NCBI GenBank assembly: GCA_963718615.1
Contig: OY970368.1
Span: 2,528,001 to 2,592,000 of the forward strand
Direction of reading: 5' to 3'
DNA length: 64,000 nucleotides
Source of the DNA: an uncultured cyanobacterium
Lineage (GTDB): Bacteria; Cyanobacteriota; Cyanobacteriia; PCC-9006; JAAUQQ01
Shown piece by piece: positions 10,010 to 22,915 of the stretch. Made by a program: the position numbers and the translations under genes. The notes under the pieces are model-generated. The model had not been told where the DNA came from, made no database searches, and was given only the letters and a program-made list of their open reading frames with translations. Each line of letters starts with the position of its first letter. Position 1 is the stretch's first letter.

Positions 10010-11821
10010 ATGACGAACGTTCCAGTTTCTAAGATTCGTAACTTTTCCATCATTGCCCACATCGACCATGGTAAATCGACCCTGGCCGATCGCCTACTTC
10101 AGGAAACAGGGACGGTGGCAAGCCGAGACATGAAGGAACAGTTCCTGGACAATATGGAACTGGAACGGGAACGGGGCATTACGATCAAGCTCCAGGCCGC
10201 CCGGATGAACTATCGCGGCAAGGATGGCGAAGACTATGTGCTCAACTTGATCGATACGCCGGGGCATGTGGATTTTTCCTACGAGGTGTCGCGATCGCTC
10301 GCCGCCTGTGAAGGGGCGTTGTTGGTGGTGGATGCATCCCAGGGGGTTGAAGCGCAAACCCTCGCCAATGTCTATTTGGCCCTCGAACATAATCTGGAAA
10401 TTATTCCGGTTCTCAACAAAATTGACCTACCGGGAGCCGATGCCGACCGGGTCAAACATGAAATCGAAGAAATTATTGGGCTCGATTGCAGCAATGCGAT
10501 TGAGGCGTCGGCCAAGGCTGGTATTGGCATTGAGGATATTTTAGAAGCGATCGTTGAACGGGTCCCTGCTCCTGAAGACACCCTTGACAAGCCCCTGCGG
10601 GCGCTGATTTTTGACAGCTATTACGACAGCTATCGGGGCGTCATCGTCTATTTCCGGGTCATGGATGGCACCATGCGCAAGGGCGATCGCGTCAAGCTAA
10701 TGGTCTCGAAGAAGGAATTTGAAATCGACGAACTGGGGGTACTTTCGCCCACCCAAGTCCAAGTCGATGAGCTGCATGCAGGAGAGGTGGGGTATTTTGC
10801 AGCGGCGATCAAATCGGTGGCCGATGCCCGTGTGGGTGACACGATCACGCTGGCGAGACAGGCAGCTCCGGAACCCCTGCCGGGTTATGTGGAAGCGAAG
10901 CCCATGGTCTTCTGTGGTCTTTTCCCCACGGATGCCGATCAATATCCCGATCTGCGCGAGGCCCTCGGTAAGCTCCAGCTCAGCGATGCGGCGCTTCAGT
11001 TTGAGCCCGAAACCTCTAGCGCCATGGGATTTGGCTTCCGCTGTGGGTTTTTGGGATTGCTCCATTTGGAAATTGTCCAGGAGCGCCTAGAGCGAGAGTA
11101 TGGGCTGGACCTGATTACGACGGCTCCGTCTGTGGTGTATCAGGTAACCACAACCCAAGGCGACGTGATCCGGGTGGATAATCCGGCTCAGTTGCCAGAC
11201 CCCCAGCAGCGGGAAAAAATCGAAGAGCCCTTTGTGAAGCTGGAAATTATCACGCCAGAAAGTTTCGTGGGTACGCTGATGGAGCTCTGCCAAACCCGGC
11301 GCGGAATTTTCAAGGACATGAAGTATTTGACGCCGGAGCGCACGACGCTGGTGTATGAAATGCCCTTGGCTGAGGTAGTGACGGACTTTTTCGACCAAAT
11401 GAAGTCCCGCACGAAGGGCTACGCTAGTATGGAATATCAGCTCATTGGCTATCGGGCGGGAGAGTTGGTGCGGCTGGATATTTTGATTAATGGCGATCGC
11501 GTCGATCCCCTGGCCACCATTGTTCACCGGGACAAGGCCTATGCGGTGGGTCGGTCGTTGGCGGAAAAACTGCGAGAGCTGATTCCCCGCCACCAGTTTA
11601 AGATTCCGATTCAGGCGGCGATTGGGGGCAAGATTATCGCCAGTGAGCATATTCCCGCCCTGCGCAAGGATGTGTTGGCCAAGTGCTACGGCGGTGACAT
11701 TTCCCGAAAGAAAAAACTGCTGCAAAAGCAAGCCAAGGGTAAGAAACGAATGAAGGCGATCGGCACGGTGGATGTGCCGCAGGATGCCTTTATGGCAGTG
11801 CTGAAATTGGACGGCAAGTAA
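10010..11821 (+). CDS. lepA: Elongation factor 4
   Basis: [45 protein letters not shown]. Confidence 0.98.
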   Translation: MTNVPVSKIRNFSIIAHIDHGKSTLADRLLQETGTVASRDMKEQFLDNMELERERGITIKLQAARMNYRGKDGEDYVLNLIDTPGHVDFSYEVSRSLAACEGALLVVDASQGVEAQTLANVYLALEHNLEIIPVLNKIDLPGADADRVKHEIEEIIGLDCSNAIEASAKAGIGIEDILEAIVERVPAPEDTLDKPLRALIFDSYYDSYRGVIVYFRVMDGTMRKGDRVKLMVSKKEFEIDELGVLSPTQVQVDELHAGEVGYFAAAIKSVADARVGDTITLARQAAPEPLPGYVEAKPMVFCGLFPTDADQYPDLREALGKLQLSDAALQFEPETSSAMGFGFRCGFLGLLHLEIVQERLEREYGLDLITTAPSVVYQVTTTQGDVIRVDNPAQLPDPQQREKIEEPFVKLEIITPESFVGTLMELCQTRRGIFKDMKYLTPERTTLVYEMPLAEVVTDFFDQMKSRTKGYASMEYQLIGYRAGELVRLDILINGDRVDPLATIVHRDKAYAVGRSLAEKLRELIPRHQFKIPIQAAIGGKIIASEHIPALRKDVLAKCYGGDISRKKKLLQKQAKGKKRMKAIGTVDVPQDAFMAVLKLDGK

Positions 11822-11845
11822 GGCACTCCTGCAAAAAAAAAATCC

Positions 11846-12466
11846 TTAGCCGACAACAACAGCCCGAGGTTTGCGGGCACCCACTTTAGCGCCAATCAAA
11901 GAAGCCACAAGACCCAGAAGCGATCCGAAGAGGAATGACCAAGAGACCTTGGCGGCATTCGCGGCATAGGTTTGAGCTTCCTGGGCAGACACGTCGGGAA
12001 CATCACCCCCATTGGGAAGCGAAAGCGAACCTTGTTGCTGCACTTGGTTAATGGCTTCACCGGCATTGGCGGCGACAACACCAAAGGTTCCCGAAACACC
12101 GCTGGCCAAGAGCCAAGCGCTAATCGCCAACGTTGTCGCCCAAAGAATCGCACCATTCAATAACGCGGTTTTACTATTCATCGGTCCACAGGTGCTGGCC
12201 ATAACCCAGGCTCCGAGAAAGAGTGCAATAAACAAACTGACAATTGACCAGATGCCAACGCCTGTGCCCACAGCGCCCGCACCTGATCCTGTTGCACCAG
12301 CCGTTAGACCAATGGATGCGCCTAAGGCACTCAGTATGAGTTGGGCGGCCAGGGAGATAACAATTCCGGCAAAAATGGGACCCCAACGAACGCGATCGTG
12401 ATATTCAATCACAGGACTCGGGACAACCGTTTCGGCATTAACATTGTGTCTTTCTGCGTAGGCCAT
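11846..12466 (-). CDS. Conserved 4-TM membrane protein of unknown function
   Basis: DRVRWGPIFAG motif followed by four Gly/Ala-rich hydrophobic helices. Confidence 0.75.
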   Translation of the reverse strand: MAYAERHNVNAETVVPSPVIEYHDRVRWGPIFAGIVISLAAQLILSALGASIGLTAGATGSGAGAVGTGVGIWSIVSLFIALFLGAWVMASTCGPMNSKTALLNGAILWATTLAISAWLLASGVSGTFGVVAANAGEAINQVQQQGSLSLPNGGDVPDVSAQEAQTYAANAAKVSWSFLFGSLLGLVASLIGAKVGARKPRAVVVG

Positions 12467-12797
12467 GATGCAATTTCCTTATTCCAAGTGCTTCGAGATT
12501 CGAATGCGATTGCCCTTAATGTAAGGCCATCGGATCATCGAGAAATCTATCAAGAGAAACAGGAGAGACTATGCAGCAAGATAGAGCTTTGGGAGAAAAC
12601 AGGGCTAGACTCGACCACATCGAAGCCTTTCGGCATCCTGGGCGGTATGTTTATTTATAATAAATATTTAAAATAAATATATTTTTACAACCTTTTCCTA
12701 AGTCAAATGAGAAGCCAGTTTAGACATAAACATCACTCATGGGCAAAGGGGTCTTGTTTAACCCCACCACCTCTCCCATTAGTCCCCATTAACGAGA

Positions 12798-13298
12798 CTA
12801 GCGGCTAGAGGAAAAGATGGAAACGGAGGCGGAACTGGGCTCAATCATGGCAGCACTGGGAGACGGATCTTCGATGGCCTTCTGCGCTAGATCCAGAATT
12901 TTTTGGATGTCTCGGTAGGCTTGGCTTTTAACGATGTAGCCAAGGGCCTGCAAATCCTGGGCGCGACGCCGGTCTTCTTCTTGGCTAGAGGTGGACATGA
13001 CCACCACGGGCAGGGTTTGGAAGGCTTGCTGCGATCGCAACCGCTCCAAAAACTCCCACCCCCCCATCACGGGCATATTCAGATCGGTAATCAGCAAATG
13101 TAGTTCTTGATGCAGCAGCGAGCCACTCTCCGTTGGCTGAGTCAATAATGAAAGCGCTTGGGCTCCATTGGGGGCTAAATGTAGGATGATGGGCAGTGAC
13201 TGCTTGCGGATAGCCCGCTGGATGGCCAGGGTATCCACTTCGTCGTCTTCAACCAACAGAATATTTAGAGGAGTGTCGCTGCCAATTTTTATCTTCAT
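12798..13298 (-). CDS. Single-domain response regulator (CheY/Rcp1-like)
   Basis: ILLVEDD, DLNMPVMGG, VVVMSTS, YIVK. Confidence 0.9.
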   Translation of the reverse strand: MKIKIGSDTPLNILLVEDDEVDTLAIQRAIRKQSLPIILHLAPNGAQALSLLTQPTESGSLLHQELHLLITDLNMPVMGGWEFLERLRSQQAFQTLPVVVMSTSSQEEDRRRAQDLQALGYIVKSQAYRDIQKILDLAQKAIEDPSPSAAMIEPSSASVSIFSSSR

Positions 13299-13511
13299 GG
13301 TGTTCTACGCCGTTGTCATCGCAAGCCTGAGGCAAGCTGGCAAATTCAACAGGGAATACAGTTGATTCACACCTATCTAGGATGACGAATTTCCGCGCTT
13401 AATGCCCCTACCGATAGATAGATGAGAGCGAGTACATCCTTTAGGAAGAATTAAGATTCCTAAATCTAAAGGGACATTAAAGCTTGATTCAAAAATCGAT
13501 TCAAAGATTGC

Positions 13512-14183
13512 CTATTCTAGCCTTGGATAATCCGTAAAAATGCCATCTACCCCTAGAGATCGCATCTGTTCCAGGATTTCCGCCGTATTCACCGTATAGA
13601 CAAAAACCTTAACACCCGCTCGGTGGGCCGCCGCGATGATCGCTGCATTTACCTGTTGCAGACTGGGGTGAATGGACGTGGCTTGTAGTGACTGGGCGAT
13701 CGCCACCGCTGCTTGATCATCCAAGGGCCAAGTCTCAAACAAAACCCCAATCGGCACCGTTGCATCGAGGGACCGCACCCGCCGCAGCTCCTGGGGGCGA
13801 AACGACGAAACTAGGATGAGGTCTAATGGCCAAGCTTGCGATCGCAAAAACGCCACCACCGGCTCAGCGGTCCCCGGTCCCTTTAGTTCAATATTGATGC
13901 CAACCCGCTGGTCCACGGTGGCAAAGACTTCCGCCAGGGTGGGAATTTGCTCGCCATTGCCTGCATCGAGCGATCGCAATTGCTCAAAACGCTGGTCCAT
14001 CAGTCGACCCGAACCATTGGTGGTGCGCTCTAGACGATCGTCATGGAACACCATCAGATGCCCATCGACCCAATAGACATCGATTTCAATCCAGTCCGCA
14101 CCGAGGGCGATCGCCTGACGAATGGAACCTAGCGTATTTTCCGGAGCATAGCCCTTGGCTCCCCGATGGCCGATACACAGCAT
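13512..14183 (-). CDS. Glycerophosphodiester phosphodiesterase
   Basis: GHRGA...[30 protein letters not shown]. Confidence 0.93.
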   Translation of the reverse strand: MLCIGHRGAKGYAPENTLGSIRQAIALGADWIEIDVYWVDGHLMVFHDDRLERTTNGSGRLMDQRFEQLRSLDAGNGEQIPTLAEVFATVDQRVGINIELKGPGTAEPVVAFLRSQAWPLDLILVSSFRPQELRRVRSLDATVPIGVLFETWPLDDQAAVAIAQSLQATSIHPSLQQVNAAIIAAAHRAGVKVFVYTVNTAEILEQMRSLGVDGIFTDYPRLE

Positions 14184-14212
14184 TGAGATCCTGCCCTCCC
14201 TGAGAAAGAATG

Positions 14213-15871
14213 CTAGCCGTCAGCAGCGCTTACCGATCGCAGCTTCTGAGAATAAAACGAGGCCGACTCCTCTCCACGTCCACATTCCCGCGAAAACTGA
14301 ATCAGATGATGCCCCACTAACCCCACATGGATAATCTGCTCAATTTTGCCTTTTTTTAAGGCAGGCCAAGCTAACTTCCAAAATGTCTTGCGATAGTGGC
14401 TCAACACCCCTGCTCGCAACAGAATATTTGCCAGATAAGTCAAGCCTTTTTTGATATTGCTTTTGGAGGCTCGGGCTGGACTATTCGGCACTTTAATCCG
14501 ATTGCGATAGGTATTTTGAATATTGTACTGAAATCGTTCATACAAAAAATCCGGATCGTAGGTCGCTGTGATACAGTTTCGCCACATTTCTACCACCTGA
14601 TCATAGGGCATTAAAAATTCCACATTCGACTCACGGGTTGTGTCCTCAACCAAACGGCCTTCCTGCTCCAATCTTCGCCAGAGCGGTGTCCGGGGTAACG
14701 CCTGGAGGAGATTGATCGTTAGCATGGGAATATGGGAACGACGGATAAATTCGAGAATGCGATCGCCCGTCTCCGCCGTATCCGTATCCAATCCCAGGAT
14801 AATCCCCGACACCACTTCCATACCGTAGTTGTTGAGAGTGGCGATCGCCTCTAAAATCGGTAAACTCAAATTTTGCTGTTTCGAAATTGCCGTCAGCGCC
14901 TCAGGTTCTGGTGTCTCAATCCCACAAAATACAGTACAAAAATAGGCTTCTCGCATCATCTCCAAGAGCTTGGGACTTTGGGCCAGATTCAGCGTCGCTT
15001 CGCAGGCAAACTGCACCGGATAGCCTCGGTCCTTTTGCCATTGAATGAGATGGGGTAACAACTCCATGGCCGCACGGCGATCGCCCACAAAATTATCATC
15101 AACAAAATACACCGCCCCAATACTCCCCGCTGCCAGCATGGCATCGAGCTCTTCGGTAATCTGCGCTGGCATCTTCAGTCGCGGTTTTTGACCATAGAGC
15201 TCAGGAATGTCGCAAAACTCACAGCGGTAGGGGCAGCCGCTGGAATATTGGACACTACCGATAAAATACTCGTCCATATTCAGCAGGTGATAGGCCGGGA
15301 TGGGGAACTCGCTGAGGGGGGTGCGATCGCCCGTGACAAACCGCTGCTGCTCCGCTGGTCGACCTGGGTGTTGGTCAATATATTCAATGGCCTGATCCGT
15401 GGCATCGCCCAACTCGCCTACATGCAGGAGGTCAAAGTCAGGATAATATTCAGGGCAACCGGAAACGGAAGGACCGCCCAAAAGCGTTAGCTTGCCGTGA
15501 TGATGGGCAATTTCATTGATTTTGTTAATTTGGGGCCGCTGGATGTGCATGCCACTGACAATAACCACATCGGCCCAGCGGTAATCCGCTGGACAAGCCG
15601 GTTTAATATTTTCATCCACAAAGCGCACATCCCAGCTTTCGGGTAAATAGGAGGCGACGACCAAAATTCCCTGGGGCGGCATGAAGGCTTTAACCCGGTT
15701 GCCGGTGAGGGGATAGGCATGGTGAAGCGTGCCAAAGGATTTGCTGTAACTGGGAAAAACGCAGAGGACGTTGCGATGGTTTTGGGGCAGATAGGGGGTG
15801 CGGCGGCAGGGGTGAGTGGTGGGGATGCTGGGAGTTGAGGGCGATGGGTGGGATGGGGCGATCGCGGTCAT
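14213..15871 (-). CDS. hpnP: Hopanoid C-2 methyltransferase (B12-binding radical SAM)
   Basis: [67 protein letters not shown]; matches HpnP motifs as recalled. Confidence 0.85.
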   Translation of the reverse strand: MTAIAPSHPSPSTPSIPTTHPCRRTPYLPQNHRNVLCVFPSYSKSFGTLHHAYPLTGNRVKAFMPPQGILVVASYLPESWDVRFVDENIKPACPADYRWADVVIVSGMHIQRPQINKINEIAHHHGKLTLLGGPSVSGCPEYYPDFDLLHVGELGDATDQAIEYIDQHPGRPAEQQRFVTGDRTPLSEFPIPAYHLLNMDEYFIGSVQYSSGCPYRCEFCDIPELYGQKPRLKMPAQITEELDAMLAAGSIGAVYFVDDNFVGDRRAAMELLPHLIQWQKDRGYPVQFACEATLNLAQSPKLLEMMREAYFCTVFCGIETPEPEALTAISKQQNLSLPILEAIATLNNYGMEVVSGIILGLDTDTAETGDRILEFIRRSHIPMLTINLLQALPRTPLWRRLEQEGRLVEDTTRESNVEFLMPYDQVVEMWRNCITATYDPDFLYERFQYNIQNTYRNRIKVPNSPARASKSNIKKGLTYLANILLRAGVLSHYRKTFWKLAWPALKKGKIEQIIHVGLVGHHLIQFSRECGRGEESASFYSQKLRSVSAADG

Positions 15872-16138
15872 GCTGGATCTTCCTAAGCAGCTAAAGGGAG
15901 GATGAGCCCCATAGCTGAGCTATGGGGCTGGGTTACTGCTCAATTTACTGCAATTGGCCAGAGGGTGTTGGTTCTGTGCAACGAAGTGAAACTCAGGGGG
16001 CGATCGCCTACCGCCAAAAGTGGATCGATATGTTGAGAAGAACGTTGATTTCAAAAAACTTCCTTAAAATTGAAGTTAGAGAGATATCTTCCCTGTTGCT
16101 CTCATGGCCCAAAAATTGAATTGAGGGCTGGATAGATT

Positions 16139-16193
16139 TGCTTAACTCATCTGCTTAACTTGCCTGCTTAACTTTCCTACTTAACTCACTTGC
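16139..16193. repeat. 4 x 13-bp tandem repeat
   Basis: tgcttaactcatc / tgcttaacttgcc / tgcttaactttcc / tacttaactcact. Confidence 0.85.
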
Positions 16194-16771
16194 AGCGCCA
16201 AGAGCAAAAAGCACCTAGATTCAAGTAAAACATCAGCCCCTAAGACTGGCTATTGTGGTTGATTTTACTATTCTTGGATGTCAGCAAAATGTCTACTAAC
16301 CTACAGAATATTCAGTTCAGTTTTCGTGGGGATATCGTTGAAGACTTAACCGGGGGATTGCTCAATCAGGGGATCACCAATACTTTAGGTGGGAATGATG
16401 TCTTGCAGGGCAAATCGCCCGTAGATTTGACTCAACTCGCACAATCCCCAATCGCAGTTCTTTCCTATGGCATCCGCAATACCGCGACAGGTCAACTCTG
16501 GACCATCTGGGGAGATGACTTTTTGTCCGGAGAGGGAATGATTGGCATTGAGAATGCAGGATTCATCTTCACCGGTAGCGGCAATGACACGATTACCGCC
16601 GAAGGCATTGTGGCACTAAACAATCTGGGATTGATTAATACAGAAAGCGGCAATGACACAATCCTCACTCGCGACAAAGGAGCCGGTAGTTATGGAAGTG
16701 AGTTGACCTTAGGAACGATTAAAAGCGAAGGTCTTGGAGTCGGCATCCTTCGCAATAGCGGTAGTATTTTG

Positions 16772-17676
16772 GGTAGTGCTTTTATGTAAAGGATAAAGAA
16801 AAACAGAGTGAAGCAGTTGTAGTCAATAGGAGCTGAAGATAAAGGGAAAGAAGGGAAAACTGTTGTAGAAACGAGGAGCGGTTGTAGGAGAAAGGAAAAG
16901 ATGACCATAGAACGTACTTGCCCGACCTGTGGCTCCCACGACATTTCCAAGAACGGCACAACCCGCCGAGGCAAACAAAACTACAAATGCCGAGACTGCA
17001 ACCGACAGTTTGTCGAAGACCCCCAGTGGAAGCCGAAAGACAAAGACACCCAGAGTTTGATAGACCTGCTGCTGCTAGAGAAAATTCCCCTGGCAGGGAT
17101 TGCTAGAGCAACGGGCGTTTCGAGTAGCTGGCTGCAAGATTACGTCAATGAACACTATAAGGCGGTGCCCCAAAAGGCAGAGGTACTGCCCAAAGCGAAA
17201 GGAAGGCTGAGGGTGCAAATGGATGAGCTATGGTCCTTTGTGGACCATAAGGGCAACAAGCAATGGGTCTGGATAGCTTTGGATGCGAACACCCGAGAGG
17301 TGATTGGCTGCCACATCGGCGACCGCTCCCGAGCATCAGCCGTGGCGTTATGGCAATCCTTACCGTCGGTGTATCGGCAATGCGCCACGGTCTATACGGA
17401 TTTTTGGGAAGCCTACGAGAGTGTGATTCCAGCGCAGCGTCATCGTGCCGTCAGCAAAGACAGTGGGTTGACGAGCTACATCGAAAGGTTCAACAACACC
17501 CTGAGGCAGAGGGTTTCGCGCCTAGTGAGAAAAACCTTGTCTTTCTCCAAGAAGCTGGACAACCATATCGGTGCAATTTGGAATTTCATTCATGAGTACA
17601 ACCGTCTAATCAGAGAAAAGATGCTGAACAACCAGCCCAATGATATTTTCTCCATCCTTTACTAAAGGGGACTACC
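16772..17676 (+). mobile_element. IS1-family insertion sequence, 905 bp, with 8-bp target duplication
   Basis: IRL ggtagtgcttttatgtaaaggat; IRR (reverse complement) ggtagtcccctttagtaaaggat; gtattttg at 16764-16771 and 17677-17684. Confidence 0.95.
16901..17665 (+). CDS. IS1-family transposase, InsA and InsB in one ORF
   Basis: CPTCGS...KNG...QNYKCRDC zinc finger, HTH, MDELWSFV, YTDFWEAY, IERFNNTLRQ (DDE). Confidence 0.93.
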   Translation: MTIERTCPTCGSHDISKNGTTRRGKQNYKCRDCNRQFVEDPQWKPKDKDTQSLIDLLLLEKIPLAGIARATGVSSSWLQDYVNEHYKAVPQKAEVLPKAKGRLRVQMDELWSFVDHKGNKQWVWIALDANTREVIGCHIGDRSRASAVALWQSLPSVYRQCATVYTDFWEAYESVIPAQRHRAVSKDSGLTSYIERFNNTLRQRVSRLVRKTLSFSKKLDNHIGAIWNFIHEYNRLIREKMLNNQPNDIFSILY

Positions 17677-18666
17677 GTATTTTGATGGGAGCTGGTCATG
17701 ATACCCTCAGTGCTATCGGTCCCCAAAGCTTCGTAAACTCCGGTGTTCTCAATCTCAGCTCTGGTGTCATTGACATGAGCTATGGCAATGATTCCATCAT
17801 CGGTGAAAGCTTCTATGGCATTCGCAACAGCGAAGGGGGAAGAATTCTGACCGGTACGGGACATGACTGGCTCAAGGGTACAGGGTTCGTTGGAATTAAC
17901 AATAGTGGTCTGATCGATACGGGCTACGAAAACGATTTAGTGAATGGAGAAGGGTTCGTTGGAATCAGCAATACTGGCGCAATTCTGACCGGCGGGGGGC
18001 AGGATCGGATCGTTGCATCCGGCGCTTTTGGGGTCTATAACCTTGGCATTTTGGATATGGGGTTTGAAAACGATGTGCTCATAGGATTGGGCCGGAATGA
18101 GTCAGGCATTGGCATTTGGAATACAGGTCAGATGAACTTGGGAGGAGGGGAGGATGTGGCCAAGGGTTTTAGCGATATTTTAGGCAACAGTATTAGTGGA
18201 GGGGGAACCCTGGATCTGGGCAGTGGCAACGATCGCCTTTCGGCCTTTGGCAATCAAACGGTTAATGGCGGCTTTGGTTTTGATATTGTGTTGCTCGATG
18301 GCTCCTTTGACGCAGAGTTTCAACGCAATCTTACGGGGTTTGCCCTCGGTGGTCCGTTCGGCATTGGCCTTGGCAGTCTGCCCAATAGCTTTGTCCTCGG
18401 TCTGGGCAACCCGATCACTGGAGAAACCATCGAAATGACTGTGGTTAATTTTGAGGAATTTCGATTTGTCAATCGAACCTTCTCCGCTCAGGAGCTCAGA
18501 ACGATTTTGGGAGCCTAGGGTTAGCACTGCGGAATCGGTGTGGGCCAGGTGTGGAATTGGTGCGGAGTTGGTTAAGACCCCTGATGTCTTGTCTTAAACT
18601 CCGCCCAGGCTTCGTAGGATAGAATTATATCCCTGATTTAATTTCCACAACTCTCGTAACGTAACT

Positions 18667-19758
18667 ATGGGCAGCACGTTCGGACACCTTTTCCGCATTA
18701 CGACCTTTGGCGAATCCCACGGCGGCGGCGTCGGGGTTGTGATTGATGGCTGTCCTCCTTTGGTTGAAATTTCTGAAGCCGAAATTCAATTTGAGCTGGA
18801 TCGGCGGCGACCGGGTCAGAGCAAAATTACAACGCCGAGGAAGGAGAGCGATCGCTGCGAAATCCTCTCCGGACTCTTCGAAGGCAAAACCACCGGCACC
18901 CCCATTATGATCCTCGTGCGTAACAAAGATGCACGCTCCCAGGACTACAGCGAAATGGCCACCACCTATCGTCCCTCCCATGCAGACGCCACCTACGATG
19001 CCAAGTATGGTATCCGCAACTATCAAGGGGGAGGTCGGTCTTCGGCACGGGAGACGATTGGACGGGTGGCGGCGGGGGCGATCGCCAAGAAAATTCTTCA
19101 GCAAGCCGCAGGGGTTGAAGTCATTGGCTATGTCAAGCGCATTCGAGATCTCGAAGGCGTCGTCAATCCCGATAGCGTCACCTTGGAGCAGGTCGAAAGC
19201 AATATCGTCCGCTGCCCCGATGCCAATGTGGCGGACCAGATGATTACGATGATCGAGGCCATTGGCCGAGCCGGAGACTCCATCGGCGGCGTGGTGGAAT
19301 GCGTAGCGCGGCAGGTGCCCAGAGGATTGGGAGAACCGGTGTTTGATAAGCTCGAAGCGGATTTCGCCAAGGCGGTGATGTCCTTACCGGCCTCGAAGGG
19401 GTTTGAGATTGGTTCAGGGTTTGCCGGAACTTTCATGACCGGCAGCGAACACAACGACGAATTTTACATTGACGACAGCGGCAACACGCGCACCCGCACG
19501 AATCGCTCCGGTGGCACCCAGGGGGGCATCTCCAACGGCGAAAACATTATTATTCGCGTGGCCTTTAAGCCCACGGCAACCATTCGCAAAGAACAAAAAA
19601 CCGTCACCAACGCGGGGGAAGAAACGACCCTAGCAGCACGGGGTCGCCATGACCCCTGTGTCTTGCCCCGTGCCGTCCCCATGGTGGAGGCGATGGTTGC
19701 CTTGGTGTTGTGCGATCATCTGATGCGCCAGCGAGGACAGTGCGGGGTTTTAGATTAA
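18667..19758 (+). CDS. aroC: Chorismate synthase
   Basis: [35 protein letters not shown]. Confidence 0.98.
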   Translation: MGSTFGHLFRITTFGESHGGGVGVVIDGCPPLVEISEAEIQFELDRRRPGQSKITTPRKESDRCEILSGLFEGKTTGTPIMILVRNKDARSQDYSEMATTYRPSHADATYDAKYGIRNYQGGGRSSARETIGRVAAGAIAKKILQQAAGVEVIGYVKRIRDLEGVVNPDSVTLEQVESNIVRCPDANVADQMITMIEAIGRAGDSIGGVVECVARQVPRGLGEPVFDKLEADFAKAVMSLPASKGFEIGSGFAGTFMTGSEHNDEFYIDDSGNTRTRTNRSGGTQGGISNGENIIIRVAFKPTATIRKEQKTVTNAGEETTLAARGRHDPCVLPRAVPMVEAMVALVLCDHLMRQRGQCGVLD

Positions 19759-20065
19759 ATCCGAACAGGGGTACCCATTTCGGGCGATCGCGGGTATATT
19801 CTGGGCGAACCCTGTCAAATCCTGCCTGTCAAAATCCTGCTTGAGCGCACCGGAGAAGCCATGAACGAAGCCCTGCCCGATGCCAGACCGCTGACCCGCA
19901 AATTTTTGTCCTCTTTGTCTCAGTTTTTGGAAATTGAGCATCGTCCCTTGGGTGAAGGGGACATTTCATCTCGAATTAAACAGACCATTGCGGGTCAAGC
20001 TGCCCCCCCAGCGAAGGGATCCTGCGATCGCCCCCATCCCTCAATTCCCCCCAAATCCCCCGCAA

Positions 20066-20081
20066 GTTCGGGAACCCCCAC
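20066..20081 (+). promoter_or_regulatory. K-box element upstream of groEL2
   Basis: GTTCGG-GAAC-CCCCAC fits consensus GTTCGG-NNAN-CCNNAC. Confidence 0.75.
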
Positions 20082-20113
20082 CTCTACAGGTCGGTAATAG
20101 CGGACATTCCGAT

Positions 20114-20140
20114 TTAGCACTCGCGATCGCTGAGTGCTAA
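20114..20140. promoter_or_regulatory. CIRCE (HrcA operator)
   Basis: Perfect TTAGCACTC-N9-GAGTGCTAA. Confidence 0.97.
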
Positions 20141-20166
20141 ATTCTTAGGAGGAACGCGAAGGATAG

Positions 20167-21843
<1,677 letters not shown>

Positions 21844-21904
21844 TCCGCCTAGGATTTCTGTCTAGAATTTTTGTCTAGACTCTACCTAGAATCCACTGAG
21901 TGAC

Positions 21905-21938
21905 AAAGGAGGGACATGGCTTGCCATGTCCCTCCTTT
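21905..21938. terminator. Bidirectional terminator between convergent genes
   Basis: aaaggagggacatggc-tt-gccatgtccctccttt inverted repeat. Confidence 0.85.
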
Positions 21939-21974
21939 CTGTGTTTGTGTTTGCGTTTCGGTTTTGAGCTTGAA

Positions 21975-22679
21975 TTATTTTTTGGGCGGCATGGGGAGTC
22001 CGAGGTTTTTGTGGAAATCTTCCTGGACTTTGTGGGTGAGGCGGCGGGAGATTTGGCGGACAATTTGACGCAGGAGGCGATCGCCCGTTCCCTGGATCAA
22101 CGCCTGGGGCAACGCCCGAATAAACCGAGGAAATTGCAGCTTGACCCCCAGATCCAGCACCCACTCCACATGGGTCATGGCCTCGGCATTCAAAACTGCT
22201 ACTGGGGCAGGCGTAAGCTCTAGAGCAGCCTGGAAATCCACCTCATAGCCTACGGGAGCGTAGCCTGGAACCTCAATGGTGCGAATTCGATAAACCCCGG
22301 CATCCTGTGGCAAAAGATCCAGACCAATCTTCGGCTCAATGTCATACCCCAGCGCCCCAAAATTGCCAAGGGTCAGGGCATAGCCTGTCTCGCCAATGGG
22401 AACCGCCTCCATGGGCGCAGCACAACGGCGAAACCACTCCTGATGGGCATCCAAATACTTCGCTACCGTTTCCGGAGCGGCAAGCATTTCCATACAGTCG
22501 TTAAAGCGACTGCGAAATTCTGTGGGATGGGCTTCGTTCACCTCGACCGCTCGATTCACCTCAAACCCCGCGCTCCTCGCGCCTGGATGACTGGCGTATC
22601 CATTATCGACGTAATTCGGTACGTTTAGGGAAGTGGATGAGTTTTGCAACGAAAGCTGGGAGGCGGAAGAGGGTTCCAT
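21975..22679 (-). CDS. DUF1997-family protein
   Basis: YLDAHQEWFRRCAAPM, EPKIGL.LLP, FIRALP..LIQ.TGD.LL.QI. Confidence 0.75.
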   Translation of the reverse strand: MEPSSASQLSLQNSSTSLNVPNYVDNGYASHPGARSAGFEVNRAVEVNEAHPTEFRSRFNDCMEMLAAPETVAKYLDAHQEWFRRCAAPMEAVPIGETGYALTLGNFGALGYDIEPKIGLDLLPQDAGVYRIRTIEVPGYAPVGYEVDFQAALELTPAPVAVLNAEAMTHVEWVLDLGVKLQFPRFIRALPQALIQGTGDRLLRQIVRQISRRLTHKVQEDFHKNLGLPMPPKK

Positions 22680-22915
22680 ACAGCCGATTTTAAATTGCGT
22701 GAATGAACTCGATGCCTAATAGACGCTCAACTCCAAGGTAGCGAACTCTGCATTTTGCTTACCATAGCTGTTTTACGGAAGCACCAGGGTGCCCCTTGAA
22801 CAATCGAATCGAATGAAGGGTGATATTACCGGCATGATTCGCCTCTGTTTTGGGATGGGGTTTGGGATGGGGAACGATGGACCCCAACGGTGACGTTTGT
22901 GTTAAAGAAACATCC

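Larger units (their letters stand above)
16289..18518 (+). pseudogene. Gly-rich RTX-like (putative Ca-binding) protein interrupted by an IS1-family element
   Basis: Repeats GI.N.G.I.TG.G.D.(I/L) in both halves; removing the IS plus one target-duplication copy joins RNSGSIL to MGAGHDTL in frame (about 438 aa). Confidence 0.85.

Noticed and set aside
11087-11731. Long antisense or shadow ORFs (e.g. 11087-11731, 45520-46122, 49021-49785)
   Set aside because: They lie opposite well-supported genes and have no motifs, as expected from codon bias.
15872-16250. Cobalamin riboswitch upstream of hpnP
   Set aside because: No B12-box consensus visible on the minus strand.
19861-20097. 78-aa ORF with a ggag RBS between aroC and groEL2
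   Set aside because: No recognisable motif, a low-complexity Pro-rich end, and it runs through the groEL2 K-box; not excluded but unsupported.
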